DNA of 64,000 nt, taken from Octopus sinensis. Its lineage: Eukaryota. Positions 1 through 11,316 of the stretch are shown here, in pieces. Positions within the stretch are counted from its first letter, which is position 1. Every line of letters begins with the position of its first letter. The position numbers and the translations under genes are program-made. The stretch is from contig NC_043023.1 of the NCBI RefSeq assembly GCF_006345805.1, positions 2,914,001-2,978,000 of the forward strand, written 5' to 3'. The notes under the pieces were generated by a model that was not told where the DNA came from, did no database searches, and saw only the letters and a program-made list of their open reading frames with translations.

Positions 1-260
1 TACACACACACACATATATATATCATCATCATCCTTGTACATATATATATATATATATATTATATATATACACTCAGATATATATATATGTATGTATGTT
101 TATATGTACATGTATATGCATATATATGAATGTCTAAGTACATATATATATACACATATACACACAGATATATATATATATATATATATATATCTGTGTG
201 TATATGTGTATATATATATGTCCTTAGACATATATATACCTAGATATATATATGTATTTG
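1..260. repeat. (TA)n/(TG)n compound microsatellite
   Basis: Direct dinucleotide runs; source of the YI-repeat ORFs. Confidence 0.95.
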
Positions 261-889
261 TATAAAATGAACGTATGTATATAGTTCTGTTTATTTGTGC
301 ACATTTATACGTGAAGCTACAGATGCAAAAAAAAAATGCTGTTTTTAAGACTACGTATGCTGCAGCAAGTACTTGAGAATGAATACTGCAGCTAAAGCCG
401 AATTTATCCACAAATATACAAACTAAACTGTAAGCAAGCAACAACAACAAGAACAACGAGAACAATAATATCAATTAACAAAAACACAATTAAAACGAAA
501 CAAATACACAAAACATGTTGAGTAAATATCTTAAATTGAATTAAATTAAATTAAATTAAAAATAAAATTCAAATTGTTTATTTATTATATTTTCTTCCCC
601 GTGAAAATTTTTTTTGCTCTCTCTTTCTCACTCTCTCTTTCTCTATCTCTCTCTCTCTTTCTCTCTCTCTGTTCAAATTTAAATTTAATTTGGGGATTAA
701 GTGTGGTTTGAAGATTAATTCTGGGATTAAAATGCCGAATTGAAGAATACATATTTAAAATGATTGTATTAGAAGAAAAGAGAAAAGGTTATGCGAAATG
801 AAGAATTTGTAAGTCTCTCATTCCCCCAGGATGTTCACATTTGGAAGTCTATTTTCTGAAACCGGTTTCTCTTTGTTGCACTTTAGTTA

Positions 890-2270
890 AACACATATAT
901 AATAATATAATGTATGTTGAATGTGTGTGTATGTGTGTGGGATTATGTGAGTGTGTGTGTGTGTGTGTGTGTATAAATAAATATATGTTTGTGTTCATGT
1001 GTGTATGTGAATAAATATATGTGTATATAAATATATACATGTGTGTGTGTATATGAATAAATTTGTGTGTGTATGTGTGTGTCTGAATATATATATTTGT
1101 GTGGGGGCGATTATGTGAGTGTGTATATAAATAAATATGTTTGTGTGTGTGTGTGTTGTATATATGAATAAATATATGTGTATATAAATATATGTGTGGT
1201 ATGAATAAATTTGTTGTGTATGTGTGTATATGAATATATATATGTGTGGGAGGGGATTATGTGAGTGTGTGTGTGTGAGTGTATGCATGTGTATAAATAA
1301 ATATATATTTGTGTGTATATATGAATAAATATGTCTGTATAATATGATGTGTATGTGTGTGTGTGTGTGGGATTATGTGAGTGTGTGTGTGGTGTTAAAT
1401 ATATACATGTGTGTGAATATATGATAAAATTGTATGTGTGTGTATGAATATATGTGTGTGTGTGCATAAGTATGTGTGTGGGGGTGATATGTGAAAATGT
1501 GTGTGTATAAATAAATATATGTTTGTGTTCATGTGTGTATGTGAATAAATATATGTGTATATAATATATACATGTGTGTGTGTATATGAATAAATTTGTG
1601 TGTGTATGTGTGTGTCTGAATATATATATTTGTGTGGGGGCGATTATGTGAGTGTGTATATAAATAAATATGTTTGTGTGTGTATATATGAATAAATATA
1701 TGTGTATATAAATATATGTGTGTGTATATGAATAAATTTGTGTGTGTATGTGTGTATATGAATATATATATGTGTGGGAGGGGATTATGTGAGTGTGTGT
1801 GTGAGTGTATGCATGTGTATAATAAATATATATTGTGTATATATGAATAAATATGTCTGTATATAAATATATATGTGTGTGTGTGTGTGGGATTATGTGA
1901 GTGTGTGTGTGTGTGTATAAATATATACATGTGTGTGAATATATGAATAAATTTGTATGTGTGTGTATGAATATATGTGTGTGTGTGCATAATTATGTGT
2001 GTGGGGGTGAATATGTGAATGTGTGTGTATAAATAAATATGTGTTTGTGTTTATATGAATATATGTGTATGTATAAATATATACGTGTGTATGTGTGCAT
2101 ATATATGAATAAATTTGTTCATGTGTGTGTGTGTGTGTGGTTTGTGTGTATGAATATTTATATATGTATATATATGAATATGTGTGCAGGTATAAACATA
2201 TCAGTGAGTGTGTCTATTTGGAGATATGTTTATATATCTATCTCTATGTATATCTATATATATATATTTG
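890..2270. repeat. Degenerate TG/TA microsatellite field with a ~525-bp tandem duplication
   Basis: Landmarks recur at 520-533 bp offset (ggggcgattatgtgag at 1104 and 1637; ggggtga at ~1481 and ~2004). Confidence 0.85.
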
Positions 2271-2562
2271 TGGAGGAATGTAGCCCAGTGGTTAGGGTGT
2301 TGCACTCAGGATCACCAGATCATGGGTTCAATTCCTGGACCAAGTGGCATTTTGTGTTTTGAAACAAAATGTTTCATTTCACATTTACTCCAGTCCACTC
2401 ACCTGTAAATAGGTCACACTGCAATGGACTAACCTTCCGGTCAGGGGTATTGTTGGCCTGCTCACCCAGCCAGTGGGGTAGCATCATTTAAAAGTTAAAG
2501 CAATGCAAAGCACATTGTGACAAACGATGTATGATGACATCTGATAGTCTGGTCAGTCGCAC
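2270..2562 (+). mobile_element. tRNA-derived SINE, family F
   Basis: A-box-like tagcccagtgg and B-box ggttcaattcc; homologous to 12132-12435. Confidence 0.8.
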
Positions 2563-2671
2563 GCTCATGATATATATGTATGTTTGTATACTTGACTCTT
2601 TTCAGAAATCCCTTGGCTATCGTGGGGGTTACTCCTAAACCTTGCACAGAAATAATTCAAATCTAAATATA

Positions 2672-2845
2672 TAGGTTTAGGTGTGCTGTGTGATTAGTAG
2701 CTTGCTTACCAATCACATCGTTCCAGGTTCATTCTCATTGTGTGGTACCATGGGCAAGTGTCTTCTACTATAGCCTCGGGCCGACCAAAGCCATGTGAGT
2801 GGATGTGGTAAATGGAAACTGAAAGAAGCCAGTTTTATATATGTA

Positions 2846-2894
<49 letters not shown>

Positions 2895-3113
2895 GTGTGT
2901 GTATGTGTTTGTGTGACTGTGTTTGTCTCCCCAACCATGCTTGACAACCAATGCTGGTGTGTTTACGTCCCCGTAACTTAGCGGTTCGGCAAAAGAGACC
3001 AATAGAATAAGTACTAGGCTTACAAAGAATAAGTCCCGGGGTCGATTTGCTCGACTAAAGGCGGTGCTCCAGCATGGCCACAGTCAAATGACTGAAACAA
3101 GTAAAAGAGTAAA
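2672..3113 (+). mobile_element. SINE-A full copy
   Basis: tRNA-like head (gctgtgtg..aagtagcttgc..ggttc), ttgggcaagtgtctt segment, internal (TA/TG)n, taaaagag tail; >30 homologues in window. Confidence 0.9.
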
Positions 3114-3326
3114 TATAAATACCTGTTGGCCACAGAACCTTGGATTTATTGATGAGGTCGCAACATAAATTTACATATATTAGCCAGAAGAATCCACAAT
3201 GTACTGAATGCATGATAAGGGAACTGCGATGTATTGAGTGTGTAACAGGTGAACAATGATATGGCGAGGGATTACTGTATGTAGATATGTATAAGTATGC
3301 ATATAAGTGCAAATATATATATATAT

Positions 3327-3732
3327 ACTCTTTACTCTGTAACTTCTTTCAGTCATTTGACTGCGGCCATGCTGGAGCACCGCCTTTAATCAAGCAACTC
3401 GCCCCCAGGACTTATTTTTTTGTAAGCCCAGTACTTATTCTATCGGTCTCTATCGGTCTCTTTTGCCGAACCGCTAAGTAACGGGGACATAAACACACCA
3501 GCATCGGTTGTCAAGCAATGCTAAGGGGACAAACACAGACACACATACATATATATATATACATATATACGACGGGCTTTTAGTTTCCGTCTACGAAATC
3601 AACTCACAAGGCTTTGGTCAGCCCGAGGCTATAGTAGAAGACACTTGCGCAAGGTGCCATGCAGTGGGACTGAACCCAGAACCATGTGGTTGGTAAACAA
3701 GCTACTTACCACACAGCCACTCCTGCGCCTAT
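3327..3732 (-). mobile_element. SINE-A full copy
   Basis: Reverse complement of the SINE-A consensus. Confidence 0.9.
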
Positions 3733-3736
3733 ATGT

Positions 3737-3786
<50 letters not shown>

Positions 3787-3796
3787 GATTATAAAT

Positions 3797-4240
3797 ATGC
3801 GGTTTGATCAATAAGTATCTGTATTGTTGCTATAGTAACGAAGGTAAAGCATGCAGAGTGAAGCTGCTTGGCACAGATTGACCTTGAACACTGCTGTGAA
3901 TGTTTACTAAGTTTTAATGTTCCAGCTCATTTCTGTTGTTTACAGCAGTGCTTGGAAGGAAGGTGTGTAGCATGTGATTGCCACATTGACCATGAAAGAG
4001 AAAGTTGAGTGGAGAATCTGCATCAGATTTTCCCAAAGCTTGGCAATACCTGCTCAGAGGCCTATGCAAAGTTTTCAAAAAGTTTCCATCATTCTTGAGA
4101 CAATCAAAGATATCTTGTGCAATTGAAGCCCAAATGCCTTTTTGGTCAGCTGAAAGTAGTTTTGGCACAAACTTGGCAGACACACGTCTCATACCCAAAT
4201 CTTCAGTGATAATGGACTGAACTGTTGTATTCGCCATGAT
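3797..4240. mobile_element. Mariner-type DNA transposon remnant, internally inverted
   Basis: TA+tgcggtttgatcaataagt end at 3797; + strand N-terminus MKEKVEWRICIRF from 3992; - strand VQSIITEDLGMRRVSAKFVPKLL (WVP-motif region) 4237-4075. Confidence 0.8.
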
Positions 4241-4300
4241 AGATCCCTAGCCACTACACACATTTTTTTTCTCTCTCCTTGTTTCTTTCTGTGTTCCTTT

Positions 4301-4447
4301 CTGTGTGGTAAGAAGCTTGCGTCCCAGCCACATGGTTCTGGGTTCAGTTCCACTGCATGACACCTTGGGCAAGTGTCTTCAATTATAACCTCAGGCTGAC
4401 CAAAGACTTCTGAGTGGATTTGATAGATGTAAACTGAAAGAAGCCCT
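4301..4447 (+). mobile_element. SINE-A 5' half
   Basis: Head through gaaactgaaagaagcc. Confidence 0.85.
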
Positions 4448-4462
4448 TCATACATATACATA

Positions 4463-4860
4463 TCTCTTTTACTCTTTTACTTATTTCAGTCATTTGACTG
4501 CGGCCATGCTGGAGCACTGCCTTTAGTCGAGCAAATCGATCCCGGGACTTATTCTTTGTAAGCCCAGTACTTATTCTATCGGTCTCTTTTGCCGAACTGC
4601 TAAGTGACGGGGACATAAACACACCAGCATCGGTTGTCAAGCAATGCTAGGGAGACAAACACAGACACACAAACACACACACGCATATATATATATATAT
4701 GTATATATATACGACGGGCTTCTTTCAGTTTCCGTCTACCAAATCCACTCACAAAGCATTGGTCGGCCCGAGGCTATAGTAGGTGCCACGCGGTGGGACT
4801 GAACCCGGAACCATGTGGTTGGTAAACAAGCTACTTACCACACAGCCGCTCCTGCGCCTA
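4463..4860 (-). mobile_element. SINE-A, small internal deletion
   Basis: Reverse complement of consensus. Confidence 0.9.
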
Positions 4861-4871
4861 TATATATATAT

Positions 4872-4978
4872 TTAGGCTCGAAGCGTAAAAGACTTTTTCA
4901 ATTTCCCGAGCATTATACTAATACATCTGTCTGTTTTCTACACCACCTGTCTTCGTCTTTTTTTTTTTCATAAACTCT

Positions 4979-5026
<48 letters not shown>

Positions 5027-5208
5027 GCCATGATAGATCGTTAGCCACTACACACATTTTTTCTCTCCTTGTTTTTTTCTGTAGAAGAGCATACGCTCGA
5101 AATGTAAAAGACTTTTCCTATTCCTGAGCGTTATACTAATACATCTATTTGTTTTGTACACCACCTGTCTTCGTCTTTTGTTTTTTTCATAAACTCTCCC
5201 TTTATATA
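4872..5208 (+). mobile_element. Penelope-like terminal repeat family D1, partial copy plus fuller copy separated by (TA)n
   Basis: gaagagc..gctcgaaacgtaaaagact motif; homologous to 13425-13660 and 19872-20012. Confidence 0.65.
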
Positions 5209-5529
5209 TGGATGAGTGTATTTTTACCTTGTTAACAATTAACATGGAAAAAATAAATAAATAGTTACCAGGGTAGCAAAAAATCACACAAGTTGTCACT
5301 CCTTGTTTTTAAAGGTAGAAACTTCATCTTTACTAGGAAAATCACTATACATATCCATCATTTTTTGCTAAAATGTCTTATTGATGAGTTTCGTTTTTTC
5401 ACTTCCCTGAAGAGAAGATTGCATTGTTTTGTACCATTTATTCTTTTGAATAATATCAGTGAAATCTTCGAAACACGTGTTGAAAGTAAAAGTATTTTAT
5501 TTATACCTGCTTTAAACTCCATTTATTTA

Positions 5530-5960
5530 TAGGTGCAGGAGTGGCTGTGTGGAGGCACAGGAGTGGCTGTGTGGTAAGTAGCTTGCTAACAAGCCACATC
5601 ACATGGTTCTGGGTTCAGTCCCACTGCATTGCATCTTGGGCAAGTGTCTTCTACTATAGCCCCGGGCCGACCAATGCCTCATGAGTGGATTTGGTAGATG
5701 GAAACTGAAAGAAGCCTGTCGTATATATATATATGTATGTGTGTGTGTTGTGTGTCTGTATTTGTTCCCCTAGCATTGCTTGACAACCGATGCTGGTGTG
5801 TTTACGTCCCCTGTCACTTTGCGGTTCGGCAAAAAGAGACCGATTGAATAAGTACTGGGCTTACAAAAAGAATAAGTCCCGGGGTCGAGTTGCTCGATTA
5901 AAGGCGGTGCTTCAGCATGGCCGCAGTCAAATGACTGAAACAAGTAAAAGAGTAAGAGTA
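5530..5960 (+). mobile_element. SINE-A with duplicated first ~22 bp
   Basis: caggagtggctgtgtgg twice, then consensus body. Confidence 0.9.
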
Positions 5961-5989
5961 TGTATGAATGTTTGCATATAAAAATAAAA

Positions 5990-6140
5990 TTCTAGGATCG
6001 AGGTGTAGGAAGAAAGTTAGCTTCAATCAATCTGTAGTAAATATAAAAATACACTTTCAAGAACAATAGTAGTTTATTGAGATGGAAGGTGGTGGATTCT
6101 TTTACATCAAAGTATGATAAGCTGAAAAAATTTCTTTTTA
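5990..6140 (+). repeat. Old interspersed repeat of unknown class
   Basis: Similar to 56740-56890 (ggatc(g/a)aggtgtaggaag..agtttatt..tgataagctga). Confidence 0.55.
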
Positions 6141-6361
6141 CATTTCATGGCAGGCAACCAGGGTTGCCAGGTATGGGAATAAGAATACAAGACATTATTT
6201 ACATTATTTACATTTGACGATATTTGTCCTCATCTTGTTTGTTGTTAACACATATGCCCACGGGCATATGGCGTAATGGTTAAGAGTGCAGGCTACTAAC
6301 CCCAAGATTCCAAGTTCGATTCCAAGCTGTTACCTGAACAATAGCAATAATAATAATAATA

Positions 6362-6924
6362 TTGGGTTTTCTGGAAAGTTCATGCCGATTTTAAAAGGAA
6401 AGAAAAAGGTCAATAAATACTTGCATTACATTTTTAATCAACCAAATACGAACCATTTTGTTGCACAATGCGTCTCCATCTTTCCTTTAACTTGAAAATA
6501 CCCTCTTCCCAGAATTCAGGTGGTTTCATGGCAAAGAATTCATCAAGGTATCTTTTTACGTCATCCAAGGAATTGAAATTTTTACCATTAAGACTATTCT
6601 GCAGAGGCCTGAATAAGTGGAAATCCGAAGGAGCAATATCTGGTGAATATGGAGGGTGGGGTAACACATCCCAGCCGAGCTGCAGCAATTTTTGTCTGGT
6701 TCCCAAAGCATCAAGTGCCGCAAATGAACTTTCTTATCTTCCATTTTAAAGGGTTACAGAATTAACACAGGTTATAGGAACATAAATCTTCTTCCATGAA
6801 AAGATAGCTTAAACTGTGCTCTAAATGGAGGTGTAGTGAAATTCTATTTTATGGACTCAACCATGTTCTAAAATAAGTCGAAAGGTAAGCTACTATAAAT
6901 CGGCACAAACTTTCCAGACAACCC

Positions 6925-6926
<2 letters not shown>
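6362..6926 (-). mobile_element. Internally deleted mariner (MITE) retaining the transposase C-terminus
   Basis: TA-flanked TIRs ttgggtt(t/g)tctggaaagtt; ORF with PHPPYSPDIAPSDFHLFR; N-terminus MEDKKVHLRHLMLWE fused out of frame. Confidence 0.95.
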
Positions 6927-6955
<29 letters not shown>

Positions 6956-7003
6956 TCGAAAAATACCTTAGGAATGAGAACCAAGGTTCGAAATTTCCCC
7001 CAA

Positions 7004-7049
7004 GACACCTGAAGAAGGCTGGAGGGTATATCAGCCGAAATGTTGTGTT
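7004..7049 (+). ncRNA. Minimal type-I hammerhead ribozyme motif (CpG-decayed stem III)
   Basis: gacac-CTGAAGA-a-ggctg[10 nt]cagcc-GAAA-tgtt-gtgtt; stem I gacac/gtgtt. Confidence 0.65.
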
Positions 7050-7605
7050 AACAACAAACAAGATGAGGACAAATATCTGTCAAATGTAAATAATGTACAT
7101 AATTCCTCATCTCTTAAATATAGAATTGAAGAACACAAGAGTTAAGGAATGGAGTAGGTAAGATCTGGGCTACATATGTTTCATAGCAAGCTGAACCTCG
7201 GAGGATATAATATTAAGGAAAACAAATTTCATTTTTGTATGTCTGCAATATATATATATATATATATGTTATTAATAACAAAACTACTGTTTAGCTATCA
7301 ATTACTACAATACTGTATGTGATGCTGTGATAATGGAGTGAAGAGAAAAATTTCTCAAAACCATCTCAACCAGATTTTCACTTCAATCATTTAAATTGGA
7401 TTGAAATGTTGCCTGAGAGCTGTCTGCGCAATCTTATTTCGTAACTTTATGACTTTTGTTATGCTGAAGGTTTTCATTTTGTTTTAAATTCATTTGCATA
7501 TTAAGTTAATTCCATATAAGGTCACGTGACATTTTTGTGTGATCATGTAATAAGTGAGATGTATTATTAATGTATATACATACATTTACATTTATATATA
7601 TATGT

Positions 7606-7973
7606 ATTTTATTCATTTAATTGTTTCAGACATTTGACTGCGGCCATGCTGGAGCACTGCTTTTAGTTGAACAAATCAACCCCAGGACTTATTTTTTGTA
7701 AGCCTAGTACTTATTCTATCAGTCTCTTTTGCTGAGACTTAAACACACCAACATCGGTTGTCAAGTGATGGTGGGAGGACAAACACAGACTCACACACAA
7801 ATATATACATATACATGTATGAAGGGCTACTTTCAGTTTCCATCTACCAAATCCACTTACAAAGATTTGGTCAGCCTGAGGCTATAGTAAAAGACATTTG
7901 TCCAAGTGGAACTGAACCCAGAACCATGTGGTTTGGAAGCAAGCTTCTTACCACATAATCACTCCTGTGCCTG
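7606..7973 (-). mobile_element. SINE-A, diverged
   Basis: Reverse complement of consensus. Confidence 0.85.
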
Positions 7974-8029
7974 TATATATATTTATGTGTATATATTTAT
8001 AATGTGTGTGTGTGGTTGGTGTTAGGAAG

Positions 8030-8160
8030 AGCATCCAGCTGTAAAAACCATGCCAAAATACTCACAGAAGCATGGTGCAGGCCCCTGCCTGGCCAGCTCC
8101 TGTTAAACCATCCAACCCATACCAGCATGGAAAGAGAACGTTAAGTGATGATGATGATGT
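8030..8160 (+). mobile_element. RTE-LINE 3' tail fragment ending (GAT)n
   Basis: ttaggaagagcatccagctgt..ccatccaacccat..agcatgg..gatgatgat; matches tail of 35925-36875. Confidence 0.8.
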
Positions 8161-8181
8161 GTGTATATATATATATATATT

Positions 8182-8220
<39 letters not shown>

Positions 8221-8349
8221 GTGTCTGTATACATATATGTGTGTGTATATACATATGTATGTATATATATTTGTTTGTGTGTACATATGTATGTGTATGT
8301 TTGTGTGTGCATATGTGTGAGTATATATATATATATGTGTGTGTGTATA

Positions 8350-8800
8350 GGTGCATGGTTTAATGGTTAGAATATTTGCCTCTCAACCACAAGATTGTGA
8401 GTTTGATTTCAGTGGTTCATTGTGTCATGCTGAATCACCCTGAGAACTATAATAAGGGAACGTGTGTCTGTGGAGCCCTCAGCCACTTGCACATTACTTT
8501 CAAGAGCAGGCTGTTCCATCAATCAGGTCAACTGGAACCCTTGTCATCATAACCAACAGAATGTCAGTGTTCTTGAGCAAGACACTTTACTTCATGTTGC
8601 TCCAATCCACTCAGCTGGCAAAAATGAGTTTGGACCCGTAATTCAAAAGGGGCTAGCCTTGTCACATTCTATGTCACACTGGATACCCTTGAGAATTACA
8701 TGAAGAGTGCTCAGCCACTCTCAAATTAATTTCAGGAGCAGGCTGTTCCATTAATTGGATAAACTGGAACCCTTGTTATCATAACTGATTGAGTTTAAAT
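8350..8800 (+). mobile_element. tRNA-head SINE family I, rearranged (3' segment present twice)
   Basis: Head atggtttaatggttag..; ccctgagaa..ctcagccact..caactggaaccctt at 8438-8540 and 8686-8785; homologue at 50228-50435. Confidence 0.65.
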
Positions 8801-8810
8801 GTATATATAT

Positions 8811-8971
8811 AGGAGTGGCTGTGTGGTAAGAAGCTTGATTACCAACCACATGGTTCCGGGTTCAGTCCCACTGTGTGGCATCTTGGGCAAGTGTCTTCTA
8901 ATATAGCCTCGGGCTACCCAAAGCCTTGTGAGTGGATTTAGTAGATGGAAACTGAAAAGAAGCCCATCGTA

Positions 8972-9025
<54 letters not shown>

Positions 9026-9258
9026 ATATATGCGTGTGTGTGTATATGTTTGTGTGTCTGTGTTTGTCCCCCTAGCATTGCTTGACAACCGATGCTGGTG
9101 TGTTTATGTCCCCGTTACTTAGCGGTTCGGCAAAAGAGACCGATAGAATAAGTACTGAGCTTACAAAGAATAAGTCCCAGGGTTGATTTGCTCGACTAAA
9201 GGTGGTGCTCCAGCATGGCCACAGTCAAATGACTGAAACTAGTAATAGAGTAAAAGAG
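8811..9258 (+). mobile_element. SINE-A
   Basis: Consensus head, internal microsatellite, tail. Confidence 0.9.
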
Positions 9259-9950
9259 ATGGTCACAGCTGGAACATCTTTGATCATAAGACCCACTGGA
9301 TTGAGACTGACTTGAGCCCTAAACAACAGCAACAACAATAACAACAGCTAATACTAACTACTGTACTATACATTAGATAATGTCGCCCTAGGTACACTAT
9401 ACTTGAATAAAAGATGGGATGGTCACAGTTGGAGTGTCTTTGATCATAAGGCCTGCTGGATTAGGACTGACTTGGGTACTAAACAACAACTATAATTACT
9501 AGTATGAATTATTATGTTATACATTACATAATGTAGTCCTAGATACACTATGCCTGAATAAAAGATGGGAGGGGGGTCACAAGCGAAATATCTATGATCA
9601 TAAGTCTGTTAGATCTGGACTGACCTGGGGCTAAACAACAACAACAGCCAGTAATACTATCTGCAATATTATACATTAGATTATATAGTCCTAGATACAC
9701 TATGCCTGGATAAGAGATGGGATGGTCACAACTGGAACATTTTTGATTAAAGGTAAGCTGGATCAGAACTCACCTGGGGCTTAACAACTTCAACAACTAA
9801 AGCCGCTAATATACTGTACATGAAATAATGTAGCCCTAGATACACTGTGTTTAAATAAAAGATGCAATGATCTCAGCTGGAACATCTTTGATCATAGGTT
9901 TGCTAGACCAGGACTGGCCTAGGGCTAAACAACAACAGCTATAGCCACTA
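9256..9950 (+). repeat. Tandem array (~5 x 145-160 bp) of the 3' part of SINE family J
   Basis: gatggtcacagctggaacatctttgatcata..ctggggctaaacaacaac recurs at 9258, 9418, ~9575, 9721, ~9866. Confidence 0.85.
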
Positions 9951-10309
9951 ATATCGTCTGTTAAACACTGCTGCCACAACCACCGCCACCACCATTGCAA
10001 TGGTAAAGACACCCTCATTAGAGGCAACAGATACAACTATAACAAAAACATCAACAACCACTACCACTTTAGCACAAACTACAACCACCACCACAGCAGC
10101 AATAAAGACAATTGTCACTACAACCTATACAATTACAATAATAAGCATTACAACAGCAACAGCCACATGATGGATTAATTTCACAAAAACGCCTTAAATT
10201 TTACACCTTTTTTAATAATTAACAAAAAAATTCTCATTAAAATTTCTTTTTTTCCCTTCTAAGTTTCATCTTCATTCATTTTTAAAAGGCTTTTCTTCAT
10301 TTTTCTTTC

Positions 10310-10458
10310 TCAATTCTCATTTCCCTCCATTTTTAATATCGTATTGTTGGCCCGCCTTTCTGCATCATCTGCTGTTATTTCTACGTTTAACTCTACGTCT
10401 CTCTCTCTCTCTCCTTCTTTCTCTTGTCTCTTGCGTGTGTCGTCTGCTGTCGTTTTCA
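10310..10458 (-). CDS. Candidate terminal coding exon (KTTADDTRKRQEKEGERERDVELNVEITADDAERRANNTILKMEGNEN*)
   Basis: Strong pyrimidine tract + AG at 10460-10459; 48 open codons then stop; unique CpG-containing sequence; no homology recognised. Confidence 0.3.
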
Positions 10459-11316
10459 CTGGAAAGAAAACTCAAAAAGAAAAACTGAACAACGAACTGT
10501 TGTTGGCTGGCTTTTACGCTTATAAATTTGTTAATAGATTTAATAATGACAAACTCTACGATGAGAATCGTGTTTGAAAAATGAATAAAATTTCCTGGAA
10601 AACCATTCTTCAAAATATGTTCTTGAAAATGAACTTTTGAAATATAATGATTAAGGTTATAAAAGCTCTCTGATTCTTCTCGACATTTTTCTACTTTCTA
10701 GAATATTCGTTATTTATTTTTTATCCTTTTTCAGGAGAGAAAAATTATTTTATTCCATTTTGTTTGTTATACGATTTTCTTCTTTTTTTTCCTTCCTTTA
10801 ACATTCTGTCCGTTTTGTAAAATTATTTTCGCTTTCATTCAAAATATCTCCAATATTTCTTTAATTTTCGCTGTGAATTCAGAATAATTCATTAAAAATC
10901 CTTTCTTTTACATATTTATTTATTTTCCCATCTTTCCAATCCACATTTTTCTACAAATATATTTTAAAATTTCTCTTCTTGCATTATTCTTCTCCATCAT
11001 TTTTCAATAATATTTCCTCCCCGACCACTCCTTCAACTCTGCTGCAACTTCTCACACAACCCTGCTCTTCCTCTCAATCATCTAAATAACCCATCTCTGT
11101 TTAGAAATGGTAATTAAATATCAATAAAATATATTTAGATGCACATGGAACTTTCAATGCTTAATTTTTCAATAAGCTCTAATGTAAGTCTGAATACAAT
11201 ATCAATTGCCGACAACTTCTTCAAATTTCGCAATGAAATTTCTTTCTTTCACAAATCGTATTGATAAAATATTCTCAATGAGTCTAAATACCAAAATGCC
11301 GGAATATTTAATACAG

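Larger units (their letters stand above)
6188..7128 (+). mobile_element. Chimeric tRNA-head + Penelope-like hammerhead element (family E), interrupted by mariner MITE
   Basis: Inverted tail 6188-6252; A box 6269-6279; B box 6314-6323; (AAT)n; hammerhead at 7004-7049; tail to 7128; homologous loci at 33012-33372 and 42250-42362. Confidence 0.75.

Noticed and set aside
322-394. Plus-strand frame CKKKMLFLRLRMLQQVLENEYCS* as a terminal exon
   Set aside because: Weak acceptor, depends on a 10-A homopolymer, no recognisable homology.
6256-6335. tRNA gene calls for SINE heads (also 2270, 16610, 23003, 33110)
   Set aside because: A and B boxes are present but there is no convincing acceptor stem or poly-T terminator, and each continues into repeat body; SINE heads, not tRNA genes.
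6434-6706. Mariner ORFs (also 38368-38640) as a domesticated SETMAR-like gene
   Set aside because: Both are C-terminal remnants inside TIR-bounded deleted elements, lacking the DNA-binding region and most of the catalytic domain.
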